64,000 bases of DNA from Podarcis cretensis (lineage: Eukaryota). The stretch spans positions 101,060,001 to 101,124,000 of the forward strand of contig OX638149.1 of the NCBI GenBank assembly GCA_951804945.1, read 5' to 3'. The translations under genes and the position numbers were made by a program. The notes beneath the pieces are model-generated. The model saw nothing but the letters and a program-made list of their open reading frames with translations. It made no database searches and was not told the origin of the DNA. This document shows, one piece after another, positions 37,165 through 49,562 of this stretch (positions are counted from its first letter, which is position 1; each line of letters begins with the position of its first letter).

Positions 37165-38414
37165 TAATTGTCTCTGTTCAGTAAGTCTCAACATTTAAGA
37201 TTGCATTCCTATAGCCAGTTACCTGACTGTAAGTAAGCCCCAGTGAACTCAATGGGACTTAACTCTTCAGTAGGCACAAATAGCACATTTAGCCTTCCAC
37301 AGAAGAGTCATATATTGTTTCCAGCTCCTTCAAAAAATCAGTATGGAACCAGCCTGAAATATTTCATGCAGTCTTATCAAGAAACATTTTTTCTTCCTTC
37401 ACTGAAGGTTTTGCCCACTTAGAAGACTTTGCACTCATCTTTATTTATTTTTTCTAAATTCAATGAAAATACTATAGTTAAAATGTGTAACATGTGTAGC
37501 TTTAAGTCAGTCCTCAAGGAAGCCAGCATTCCCTTTCCAATTAAAATACGGCTCTGGAAGTGAGAGAGCATATTGAAGTGAATTTTAGTTCCATATAATG
37601 AAAGCTATAATAATCTTTGTTTCTGAAAAGGAAGCCACAGTGATTAAATATGTAATCATTATAACAGCATGATCTTAAACACTGAATAAAATACCAGCTG
37701 GACCCACCTCAGGTGCCTAATTCTTGTGGAGAACGAGAGCCCAGTGAACAATTTAATTTCAAAATTAATAGGTGGTTAGTAAGAAGCTAGGGACGAGAGC
37801 ATATAAAGCATTGTACATCAATGAAAAGATAGGGGGGAGATGCCCCAAGTTTGAGTCCATAATCTACGTAATTTAGGTATGAATGGATTTGTTCACACAT
37901 AACAAAATGCAAATTACGGTATTCATAAGACTGTGGTAAAATAGGAATATAAACAAAAAATTGGGTAAGACAAGGTTAGTTTTGCTTAATTAGACCAAAT
38001 TCTTTTTTGAAAAAAGTAAAGCATTTCCCAAAGTGATGGTATTATAATTCACATTAGTGACAGCAAAAACAGATGTAGTTTTAGTTTCATAATCACTTAA
38101 TAGAATAATAGAAAGCAAACTTACAGTCATTCCCTTTTAAAAGGGCAGACAGCTTAGTAAAATATTTGGAAATATTTTGTTGTTATTAATTGGTGCTTCA
38201 TAAGGCAGTATAGAATCCGGACAACATGGGGAGGTATTTGCAGACCCCAGACTGTATTTGGACCTGAAAGACCAAAGAAAAGTGTGGGTGCATAGAGAGG
38301 AAGTTTCAAGCAAGCATAAGCACCATAAATGATCATGGGGCACATCTGTAAAGGCATCAAACTTTAGCCTCGTTCAGGGAGCTTGAAGCAACATAAAATA
38401 GCTTTTTAACTGTA

Positions 38415-38614
38415 CAGTGGTACCTCAGGTTACAGATGCTTCAGGTTACAGATGCTGCTAACCCAGAAATAGAACCTCGGGTTAAGAACTTTGCTTCGGG
38501 ATGAGAACAGAAATCGTGCAGCGGCAGCAAGAGGCCCAATTAGCTAAATTAGCTAAAATGGTACTTCAGGTTAAGAACAGACCTCCAGAACGAATTAAGT
38601 TCTTAACCCAAGGT
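38415..38614 (+). mobile_element. Tigger/pogo-like MITE, right tip lost
   Basis: TA|cagtggtacctcaggttaca..., colinear with the 16944 copy minus its L1. Confidence 0.88.
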
Positions 38615-38790
38615 TAAGGTGGCAGAGGAAGGGCAGCATTGCACAGCTGGCTTCCCAACACAGAAATCACAGCCCTTTGCTCTGCCCCTCTCGGTAAGCA
38701 GCAGCAGTGCTCACCTTGGAAAGCCACATGGACAACACCACCCTACTTGTACTACCCTGCAAACAACTACTGTGTTGCAGGATGTGTTTG

Positions 38791-39522
38791 TGTCGGGGTG
38801 TGGAGGTGCATTCACTTCATGCAGCTACAATTGTGCTTCGAGACCCCCAACCACCCCCCAAAAATCAAGACACAGTGACATGGGATTTTAGTTTAAGTTA
38901 CTGGGCAAAATTTAGGCCACAGCTTTATTGAATACAGAATGTGAGTGGTATTGGCTTAGGCATTGGAGGCATCATCCAAACTATATCAGACTCCCACCCA
39001 CATCATGGGGAATCTGATAAAAGAGTAAAACACCGCCAGAGGGAGCCCCACCGATGTGAACCGACTTGATTTCATCCCTTGTGCCCCCGTGGGGTTCTGG
39101 TATGGCCCTAGCCTCTACCACTGGGTTTCGGACAAGACCCAGGCCAACTCCTGATTCCTTTAACAGAATACCCTGGAGCTTGGAGGGGCAGGTGATGGCT
39201 GCACCTCCCCTCCCCACACATTGCTGATTGAATGCCTAACCGCCAAACCTTACAACGTTGTGACGATTGTTACACGGTAGGCGAAAACCAAACGGCTCTG
39301 CCAATCTGCCAGATGGAAAAATTCCTACCAGGCCCCCATTGCAAAACTGGTGACCAACAACGTCTATAGCAAGGCCAATGCACCAGATAAAGGGGGGGGG
39401 GGTGATCCACTGTGCAAAGGCAAAGAGGTCCAGCAAACATCGCACAGGGATTAAATAATATTTCGCGGCCACCCCCCAAGCCAAGCCATTGGCTTTAGGG
39501 ACCAAGTGACCACGAAACGACA
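38791..39522 (-). mobile_element. LTR-like or DIRS/Ngaro-like terminal-repeat remnant, about 730 bp
   Basis: TGTCG...CGACA ends, higher GC/CpG than the flanks. The minus strand has CCAAT, GGGGTGG and TTTAA near its start and AATAAAgctgtggcc near its end. No clear TSD. Confidence 0.5.
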
Positions 39523-39624
39523 AACCAGAGTGCTGCAGGGCATAGCCCTACCCACACCAGGAGGTGGGAGATGCCTGGGGGCCTGAGCGCAATGCGTACC
39601 CTCCTTGAAGAGGATCTGATTTCC

Positions 39625-39795
39625 CATACTGGTTTAACATTCTATACCTCTTGACAAGGCACTCTGGCACCTGTAGCTGTGAGGGGAAGAGGGGTCACTT
39701 AACTCATAACTCTTAACAAACTGCAGGTCCCACAGCTCTTTGTGGAAAGCCATGACTGTTAAAATGGAATTATAATGCTTTAAATCTGTGTATGT
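39625..39795. mobile_element. Decayed Harbinger-like MITE
   Basis: ggaaagccatgactgttaaaatggaattataatgctttaaatctgtg, same family as 43285. Confidence 0.45.
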
Positions 39796-42700
39796 CCCCG
39801 TCCCCCATCCCACTCTTCTCAGGCTAGAAGCAGCAGGAAGCTTGCTCTTTGCTGTTTGCTATTACCTCCTAGGAAGCACAACCCACTGAGACTGTATCTA
39901 CTAATAGGTTGGTTTTTTCCCATATTATGATATCCATTCTCTTTTAATGGAATGAAACTGAACATTACACAATCTTTAGGGTGTTCAGGCCTTCTAATAA
40001 CTTGCCCATTTCAACTGTGTGGGGGTTCAGCGATGGCATCCTTCAACTGCCATTCTTTGGTCTCTCTCCTTCCCTGTCCAACAATCTGCCGTGGATTGGA
40101 CAGATTGCTGTTGCCACAGGTCTGAACTGACTGCTTGAAGAGGGCTTTTGAAATTAGACCAAGAGCCATTTGAAATTAGGCTGAGGGCTGCATGTGGCCC
40201 ACCTCTGATCCAGATCAAACAAAAAATAAGTTGCCCTTTAAAGCTCTGGCAATACCATTTCACAGAATAATTCCATCCACCACAGTAAAGGGAAGTGTGT
40301 AACAAACTAGAAGCATGAATTCTTCAGTTTCTCACAGTGAAATAAATACCCAGTTGTCCAGTTTATATTATTTTTATCTGAAAGTTTTCTGTAGTTAATA
40401 GTTGTCGTTTTGTGGTAGTGGTTGTTTTTTTTAGTAGCTTGGTTAAATTCTAAGCTTCATTGACCTATCTGATTCCTTCCATTTTTCAGAAATTATTTCT
40501 TCTGGGCATATTCTTTTCTGAACATGGTTTACTGCCTGCTCAGACACACACTCCATTGCTTCTAATCAATTCTGACTATCCTTGTATGATATTTGTATGG
40601 AGCGCTGTCAGCTAAAAAGTAGCTGAAGCAGAAGACCTATTTCTTCACAATGGAATGCTAGAAAACTCATCCCTTTGACTCCCCAAATGCATTTGAAGGT
40701 AGACAAATACAGTACTGTACAATGGATTTTCAGTGATGCCTGCTACGGCATGCATACCTATCTGGTATATCAAAAGATTTTTAGCTGAAAATCTTCACGA
40801 AACTGAGTGGTGTGTCTGCACGACATGCACACATTAATTCACTCATACTGTAAACTGTTTTTCCTTCGGGGGGAAAAATGGTCTGAGATTATGTTAGGTG
40901 AGTAAACATGTTTAGCTCTAGGTCAGGCATTGTAACAATAATAACATCAGTAAATTATTTCCAGCCCAGTCTCTGTCACGTATTCTTGCTAAGAAACTTG
41001 TTGGCAAACATGACCCTTTCTTACGCTTCAAGAAACTGAACTCTGTTCGGCTAATTTGCATTGTGTTGTCACGTGTTTCCTGCTTTCCTGTGTGGTGAGT
41101 AATTTACAGAGTTGTTGCTGTTTGAATTTGGCGTCCTAACCTTTGGATGAGAATAGAGACGGACTGATAATTTCTACTGTTGACCCACTTTGGAACCATT
41201 TGGGGGAGGCAAAAGGGGGTTCAAAACTATGTCCCCCATTTCCACATCTAGGCTATTCTTAATAGTTGCTCTGGTGGCGGCTGCTGGTTGATAGACATCA
41301 TTTGCTACTCTAAATTGCCTCTGTAAGTGACAGTACATTATGATACGGCTTCAGTCCCAAGGCTATTCTGGGGATAGTGGGGGAGCAAGAACCCACCTGG
41401 AATGCCTTTCTGAACAAGACTTGGTGCTGATGTAGCTGTCAAGAATTCTGCTCAATATTGATCCAGAGCAGATTCCATTGTATAGTTAGCAGAGTAAAAT
41501 AAATGTAGCACGTTGCAGGATTCAAAAAAAATAGACCAGAGGCAATTAATATTTCATCCAGCAGAGCTTTACTGCTACTGAAGGTAAATGAGCATTAACG
41601 GTCACAAATCCATACCTTCAGGATTGGCACTGTCCGTAAGAAATCCAGTTGCAGCAGTCTTAACTTAAACTTACAATAACTTACAATAGGACTAAAACCT
41701 TAACACTAAGCATACCATGTACAGAACACACCACAAGGAAAGAAACTGAAACTCAGGCTGCTTCTGACCTATTATTGTAGTCAGCATGACTTTGAGTGAA
41801 AGAGATAACAGAACCAGCTTAAACCAGCTGTTCAGCTTCTCTGAAGGAATAACCCAAACATCAGGAACCTTCTGCCTGTTTCTAGGCAGAATAGAAACTT
41901 GCTTGTCTGTAGAAACTTCCAGCTTGCACTAGCTTGTATCACACAGAGAAGCTTCCAGAACCCTCTTGAATCAATAAAATAGGAAAGATCCTATTCTATT
42001 CTAAATAGGAGAGCTACATTTCAGCTAAGCCCTAGATGGGAGAGCAATAGAGACTTGTCATTTCAAAAATATCTATGCTCTCTCTTTGTAGAGATCCAGT
42101 GGAATAGTGACAATTTCTTCAAGATCTGATGCATCTCATTTCAGATTCCTCGCTATTCCCTAATTATTGGCAGCCATCAGCCAGCCATTGTGGGCTGTTA
42201 ACTAGCATTCTGTCTCATAAAGGAATTGTAAGGCAGAAACCACAATAGCATAGTTTGCCAGTAAAGTTTAAAACTCTGCTGCTATATTATCTCTTCTCCC
42301 TGAAGACATAACCCAAGATAAACAACTTTACCTTCACTACTAGCCAGCCTAAGGATTTTATTTCTCCAGTTACTTTTATCCCTTTCTCTCTGTTTTGTTT
42401 TCTTTGCACATTTGCATGTGAAATGAGAAAATTTTGCATTAGCTTGGCAAACTAGCTCCTTGGGACATTTATACCTTGTACTTGGCACTGTGCTGTTGAA
42501 GCCTATAGACCATCCACATGATGAGCTATTCAATGCATGTCTACCAATTTTAAGATTGCTTCTTAACATCTGTTCAGAATTTGTTCATCCTGATGGCCCA
42601 GACATCCTTTGTGCTTGGCTGAACATGGTAACTTATGATTACTCCATTTATGCCAGTTAAAAATCTAAACAAGTGCATCAGTGTGCACTCTGGTTTGTTT

Positions 42701-43282
42701 GCCTTTATGAATATATTGAGTTTAACTTTTTGGTGCCTTTGGGGGTTTCTGTCTGAAATGCAAGAAACTCTTTTAGACAACAGCTACAGCATTATCATAT
42801 GGGAAGCAAACAAGTGTTCTCCCAAGTCTGTCAACCTCCCCTCCAACTTTCTGTTATTACATTATTACCTATCACTTCAAGTTAACGCTGGTGCTACATG
42901 TAAAAAGGCACTTTATTGCTAGATTAGATTAGGGTGCCCATATGTACTACTTTCCAGAGGTCAGTTGAAGGGCTTTCCAGTCTGAATCCAGTTTAAAGAT
43001 GAAGGCCTATATAAAAGTGGAAAGGAGGGGCCTTGAAATTGCTCATCCATACTCAGCATTCCCTGAGCAGGCACTCAGGCCCCACTATGATCACAATCTT
43101 CCCCACTATGGTGAGACATATTGTATATCACTTTAAATTATAGTCACTGCCCCACAAGCACTGCGTGTCTCTGCCTTATCGATGGGCTCAATATGCTCCC
43201 AACTCACCAGAGTCCCCAAGACAGTTTATGGCACTGCACAAACACCCCACTTGTTAAATTTCCTCAGTCCTTCCTCTTTCCT

Positions 43283-43455
43283 GCTGGTCTAGTAGGGGAG
43301 ATAGTGGCTTAACAATCAGCCCCTCTCCCCATGGAGCTCTGGGAATTATAGGGGCTTTCCTAACAGCTAACTACAGCTCCCAGGATGCTCTGGGGGAAGC
43401 CATGATTGTTTAAAGTGGGATGATACTGCTTTAAATGTGTACTGCAGATGGGGGG
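43283..43455. mobile_element. Harbinger-like lizard MITE half
   Basis: aactacagctcccaggatgctctgggggaagccatgattgtttaaagtgggatgatactgctttaaatgtgtactgcagatgggg. Confidence 0.55.
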
Positions 43456-44115
43456 GTCTTACTAGGCTGGCTCTGTCAGCTGTGATAGAAAGAGCAGCAC
43501 TATACGAAAAGACAGAAGTGGGTGACTGTATACTTGAGAGAAAGGATATATACATTAAGATTGATGTGTTGATGCTTATTATATTCAATCTTAATATGAG
43601 ATTATGGGGTTTTTTCTCCTTTATCTGTCTTTCCCTTTTCTTTTATTCTTTCTTTCTTTGTTAAATGTGTTATAAAATTAAAAATAATTTTCAAAAAATA
43701 ATCATCAACCCAAACAAAAGACCTCTGAGCTGATGTTGGGAGGAAGCCATCAATGCAATGCAATGCATTCCTTCCAAGGCAAACAGCAGCATCTGAAGAA
43801 TGATTTTTCACCAGGATTGCAATTGTGGAGAGGCGGATTAAAGGTTTGTTCCCCTTCCCACTTGATTTGCTCCCAGTGGCTGCTGTCTTCATTTTTTTTA
43901 ACAACACTGTGAACATTATATACAAATACATATTTAATGTCATGTCCAGCTTGGCTGTCAGTTTGTAGCAAAGGTCTATCTAATCAAACTACTCCATTCA
44001 ATCCCTGCCCAGTCTAAAGCCAGAATTGCTTTGAGAAATTGCTAAATTGAACTCACTTGTGTGAAAATGCAAATTAAGCAATGCATTTTTTAGCCTTCCA
44101 AAGTTGTAAACTGAA

Positions 44116-44253
44116 NNNNNNNNNNNNNNNNNNNNNNNNNNNNNNNNNNNNNNNNNNNNNNNNNNNNNNNNNNNNNNNNNNNNNNNNNNNNNNNNNNNNN
44201 NNNNNNNNNNNNNNNNNNNNNNNNNNNNNNNNNNNNNNNNNNNNNNNNNNNNN
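44116..44253. other. Assembly gap (138 N)
   Basis: Run of N. Confidence 1.
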
Positions 44254-44927
44254 TCTCTGCTTCAATTATACCCCTTCTTTATTTTTCAATAGCAGCATGG
44301 CTTTATGACACAGTGATTCATGCCATCCTCACTACTGAGTTCAAGTTGCTTCACAGCAGTTTTCAGCAATGCAAAATGAAATATAAGTGGTAATTTCAGA
44401 CAGTAGGGAATGGTTCATTCAGGATCTCGAGTAAGCAGGTGTGACCTAGGCAGGCCTACATGATAAACTAAACATTTTGTCTGGGAGTAGTCTTAAGCCT
44501 TTGCTCTGAATCTTCAGACAGTTTGTACCAAACAATTATATCCTAATTAAACACTGAAATGCTTCTTTCTTACCAGCAAATCCTTACACAAATTCTTCCT
44601 GTACCCTATTAAGGTCTTTTCCTAGTGCCAGAGCAGCACTGCCAAAAGCTGCTTCTGCCTTGGCAAGGGGATGGGTGAGGTCTGGCTCCCAGCAGTAGAA
44701 GCTGAATCTGGGATCCCAGCATTCGGTTTTATATTTTGATGGTGCTGTGCAGAGGGGCATAGAATTAGACTCCTACTTTCATAGACTTCAATGGAAAAAT
44801 GGCAGCTTAAATGTAAGGATGTCACTTTTAGTGATTCATGGCTCTCATTGTACATTCTCAGCTGCCGTCTCATCAGAGATGCTTTCCTCTAAAGAGATTT
44901 AGCCGCTTACATGCTATGCTTTATATA

Positions 44928-45181
44928 CAGACCTTGAACATCAGGTACCTCAGGTTAAGTACTTAATTTGTTCCAGAGGTCCGTTCTTAACCTGAAACTG
45001 TTCTTAACCTGAAGCACCACTTTAGCTAATGGGGTCTCCTGCTGCTGTTGCGCCGCTGGAGCACAATTTCTGTTCTCATCCTGAAGCAAAGTTCTAAACC
45101 TGAAGCACTATTTCTGGGTTAGCAAAGTCTGTAACCTGAAGCATATGTAACCTGAAGTGTATGTAACCCAAGGTACCACTG
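44928..45181 (-). mobile_element. Tigger/pogo-like MITE
   Basis: Reverse complement of the 16944/38415 family. Ends aaggtaccactg|TA. The other terminus is interrupted (TA|cag-accttgaacatca-ggtacctc). Confidence 0.88.
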
Positions 45182-45439
45182 TAATGCAATCTGATGGTGA
45201 ATTTTACCAAATATTGTTATAATGATAAAAGTCACAAAGTTGTATATCCAAATTGCATATAATGCAGTGCACTAATACAGTGGATTATGCCTTGACCTAA
45301 GAAGCAATATGTGTTCACAGAGCCAGACTTTCATGCACACTTTCATTTCTATGATTCAGACTGGGTTTTGAAGAGCTATGTATCAACATTGCAAAGTATG
45401 ACAAGTCATCCAGTGGGAGTGTATAAGTCCCATCTACAA

Positions 45440-45672
45440 GAACATAGGAAGCTGCCTTTTATTGAATCAGACCATTGATTCATCTAGCTCATAAGAATAA
45501 TAATTTATTATTTATACCCCGCCCATCTGGCTGGGCTTCCCCAGCCACTCTGGGTGGCTCAGTATTGTCTACACTGACTGGTAGTGACTTTCCAGGCTTT
45601 GGAGACAGAAGTATTTTCCAGATCTTCCTGGAGATATCTGCAGAAGCTCTTCTACTGAGCTAAGGCCCTTCC
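45440..45672 (-). mobile_element. tRNA-derived SINE carrying a 65-bp L2-tail insertion (45492-45556)
   Basis: gaacataggaagctgcc...catctagctca[insert]gctcagtattgtctacactgactgg...ctactgagctaaggcccttcc. Confidence 0.8.
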
Positions 45673-46119
45673 ATATTGAAATGTGGATAGGATGGATAAG
45701 AATGCACATTGCTGCCTATGACTTGGACCACTAATCATGCACAACACCTTGTTTTGTGTAAGTACAGCTGGACTGGAGCCAGTAAATATATTCTAATATC
45801 ACAGCACTTGAAAAAAGACATTTAAGACAACATAAAGGAAAGGGGGATATTGATATAAAAGATGTAGATTTCAGCATCTTACAAGTGTATTGTGCTTGTG
45901 CTTTTATACTTCTTTATCATCTGCAGGGTGATTGTTAACAAAGGCTTTCCCCAGTAGCTTGTAAGCAAAATGAAAGAGAAGATTTAATATGGATAATATG
46001 AAGCTCTTACCTATGTGCCAGAAAGCAGCTGATAAGGGTTTTTCTTTGTGAAGTGCTGTTTATATTCACAGGTGAGAGAGTACAGGCCATTTCTTCTGAG
46101 GACAGATTCATCTTTGTAG

Positions 46120-46443
46120 ATAGAATCACAGAATTGTAGAGTTAAAAGGCACCCCAAGGGTCATCTAGTCCAGCCTCCTGCAATGCAGGAATCTCAGCGA
46201 AACCATTCATGAAAGATGGCCATCCAACCTCTGCTTACAAACCTCCATGGAAGGAGAGTCCACCACCTCCCAAGGGAGTCTGTTCCATTGGTGAACTGCT
46301 CTAACTTCAGAAAGTTCTTTCTGATGGTTACGGTAATCAGAATCTCTTCTGCTGTCACTTGAATCCATTGGTTCAGGCCCTATCCTCCAGAGCAGGAGAA
46401 AACAAGCTTGCTCCATCTTACATGTGACAGCCCTTTAGAAATG
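46120..46443 (-). mobile_element. CR1 3' fragment
   Basis: Minus ORF VRAVHQWNRLPWEVVDSPSMEVCKQRLDGHLS and CR1 terminal repeat. Confidence 0.88.
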
Positions 46444-46757
46444 TGCTAATTTTTTATTTTACTTTGGATGCCAGACACTGACAAAGATCCAAAGGGGACC
46501 CTTCCCCCCCCCCCAGAAGTTAGCTTCTACAGGTAAAACACTCCTAAAGCTTTAATTCTGAAGTGGCTTGCTGGACATCATGGGTGAAAAGGACTGCCTT
46601 GGAAAAAGAGTCTTCAGGAGTCCAAGGTCCCCCGTTCCCATTATGGTTAGGAAATACTTTTTCAATGAATCTTAGCATAAAACAATTGCTAACTTTTAGT
46701 TGGACCCAGCATCCCAGAGCAGCAGCAGAATATAGGAGCAGCTCATCGTTGTTGCTG

Positions 46758-46888
46758 CAGAGGCAAACAGCCCTCCAGATGTTTTGGGGACTACAACTCC
46801 CGTCATCCCTAGCTAACAGGACCAGTGGTCAGGGATGATGGGGGTTGTAGTCCCAAAACATCTGGAGGTCCGAGTTTGCCAATGCCTG
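46758..46888. mobile_element. hAT MITE (693-825 family)
   Basis: ccctccagatgttttggggactacaactccc...ccctagctaacaggaccagtggtcaggg...gagtttgccaatgcctg. Confidence 0.82.
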
Positions 46889-47021
46889 TCTAGCCTGACA
46901 CAGGATGGAGGAGAGTAGTCGTAGTCATCACTCAAACACTTCATGTCTCAATGAGCCATCAAAGAGCAGAATATTCACATCACCAGACATCACCTCAACA
47001 AACACAATAAAATGATGACAA

Positions 47022-47240
47022 ATCCCGATGTAGTGATTAGAGTCTCTGACTAAGGTTGCTTGAAATCCCCACTCAGCTGTGAAATTTGCTGGGTGATTGG
47101 GCCAGTCATTGTCTGTCAGCCTAACCTACCTCATAGGGTTGTTGTGGGGATAAAATAAAGGGTGGGAAAGCCATATATTATTAGAAGCTACCCTGAGTTT
47201 CTTTGAGGAAATGTGGGATAAAGATGTAATCTAAAAATAA
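47022..47240 (+). mobile_element. MIR/Ther1-like SINE
   Basis: gatgtagtgattagagt...aaatccccactcagc...gctgggtga...cagcctaacctacctcatagggttgttgtggggataaaat. Confidence 0.7.
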
Positions 47241-48681
47241 GGTGATGTACATGCAGTGTATTTCCCCCCCCCCCCCCCGGCAGTATGCTGTGATATGGAG
47301 TACTAGCACCTTGTGGGTGGGGGTGGTATCTTTTAAGATATGAGTACTAACACCTCATTTTAAAAAGCACTTTGTACATGTATGTATAAATTAGCCTATC
47401 ACCATTTTGTATCTTTTAAGCACCTCTACATATCACAATTAATTATCACACAAAAGAAAAGCAGGTGTAAAGACGTATATATTTTCCAAGCTCCAAAACC
47501 TGAGATAAAGCAACGGCCAAACAGTAGTCAAATAAAACCATTCACGTGTAATGTATCTGCCAAGCGGTAGTTGTCAAAACCTCAAAAAGAGAAATTTGAA
47601 CTGCCTTGTGGTAAGTTTTGTTTACCAAACACAGCACCCAGCCCCATAGCCTCCAAAATAATATTATTCTTTTCTATAATTGTCATTTATTCTGTCTACT
47701 CTGATTGCAAAATCTTTTAAAGTACGTTAGTAAACTGAAACATTGAAAGCAGACACAAAATCTAATTATCCATTGTTTCAAAATACCATATGTTTCTTTT
47801 AACATCAAACAATGAAGTAGAACACATGCATATTTCAAAGAAGTCTTTGATAGTAATGGATAAGGAGAAAAGGCATTATCTTGGCCTATATACGGCACGT
47901 ATGTTAAAATTTTTATTGAATGCTTTTATCTTGGCCAAATGTTTTACTTTTCCTCATACAAAGGGGTAAAAGAAAGCAGGCAATGTGGCTTGTCACTTCT
48001 ATGGTAGACATAATTTTGGATCCAGTTATGATCCTGGAGACTATTTTTGGCATGTTGATCCTTCTTACAAAATGGCCAGATGTTCTTACTGACAGTATGA
48101 AGGAGCAGGGGAGACGTTGAAATAAAACATATATCGATAGCATCAGGAATAACCCAATTCTTTCTGAGTAGCGTAATCATTCCAAAATGCAAATGAAAGC
48201 AATTGCTTTTAATGCTGGAAGAAAAACTTATCTGCTGGTTGTGTGTTTTTTTTAACCAGCTGGAAAAAGGAATAATTCTAATCACAGCATACAACCAAAG
48301 TATACCCTTTCTTCACATTCAAGTAAATGGATCTTGAATAAGAATTTAAATGTCAGTAAGAGGGGTCTAAAGAATCCTTTGCCAAAATAAGCCAAAAGAT
48401 TGCCCATGTGGCTCTGGGAAAACAATAATTGCACAGGAGAGAGGAGAGGTAACGTGTACACTCACTCCGCCCCTGCCTTTGTCAACCATGTTGTCCCTTC
48501 CCAAAGCCTGTTGAGAGGTTGAGAGCACATCTGCAGTAGAGCTGCCTACTGAACCCACAGAAGCTGTCCCTGTGAGCTGGAGCCCTGAACAGCGGTGGGG
48601 ATAAACATGCACGACTCCTCTATCACTCAGTTTCTCCTCTATCGCACCATTGTAGCACTTACGTTTGACTAATGTCAGCTT

Positions 48682-49337
48682 ATGGAAGCGAGAGCTGGAC
48701 CATAAAGAAGGCTGATCGCCGAAGAATAGATGCTTTTGAATTATGGTACTGGGGGAGACCCATGGACTGCAAGAAGATCAAACCTATCCATTCTTAAGGA
48801 AATCAGCCCTGAGTGCTCACTGAAAGGACAGATCCTGAAGCTGAGGCTCCAATACTTTGGCCACATCATGAGAAGAGAAGACTCCCTGGAAAAGACCCTG
48901 ATGTTGGGAAAGATGGAGGGCACAAGGAGAAGGGGACGACAGAGGACGACATGGTTGGACAGTGTTCTCGAAGCTACCAGCATGAGTTTGACCAAACTGC
49001 AGGAGGCAGTGGAAGACAGGAGTGCCTGGCATGCTCTGGTCCATGGCGTCACGAAGAGTCGGACATGACTAAATGACTAAACAACAACAAATGTACATAT
49101 GCTTCATTTCAAGAAGCAACAGTGTCCCCCCCCCCCCAAACAGTTCCAAGAAACAGCAAATTTCATTTCTGGCACAAGGAGAAGGGGACGACGGAGGACG
49201 AGATGGTTGGATAGTGTTCTCGAAGCTACCAGCATGAGTTTGACCAAACTGCAGGAGGCAGTGGAAGACAGGAGTGCCTGGCATGCTCTGGTCCATGGGG
49301 TCACGAAGAGTCGGACATGACTAAATGACTAAACAAC
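48682..49337 (+). mobile_element. Composite BovB (RTE) 3' element: BovB end + 80 bp unique DNA + second BovB end
   Basis: LKLRLQYFGHIMRREDSLEKTLMLGKMEGTRRRGRQR motif, (caa)n tails at about 49080-49090 and 49331-49337, and 11-bp TSD aatgtcagctt (48671-48681, 49338-49348) around the whole composite. Confidence 0.92.
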
Positions 49338-49414
49338 AATGTCAGCTTCTGGTGCTCTTTGGCTACTTGTTGTTCCTAAGAACACCACACCAGCTGCATC
49401 ACTAACATGCCATT

Positions 49415-49562
49415 CTGTGTGGGATAAAAGCGAGAGAGGATTTTGCAGTTTCCAAACTCTTTTCTTTTCTTCTACTTCCTCTGTTGTTGTTATTCTTTGT
49501 AGATTTGTTCATTCTTTTTATTGCATTGTGAAAAATTTCAATAAACCTTTTTTAAAACAAAA
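49415..49562 (+). mobile_element. Short L1-type 3'UTR/poly(A) insertion
   Basis: T-rich UTR, AATAAA, A-tail, flanked by aacatgccatt / aatatgccatt. Confidence 0.55.

Noticed and set aside
44074-44308. ORFs spanning the N run
   Set aside because: Artefacts of the assembly gap.
47920-48120. Small membrane-protein ORF or terminal exon
   Set aside because: Two different frames look equally plausible, the start is non-ATG, the acceptor is weak and no homologue is recognised.
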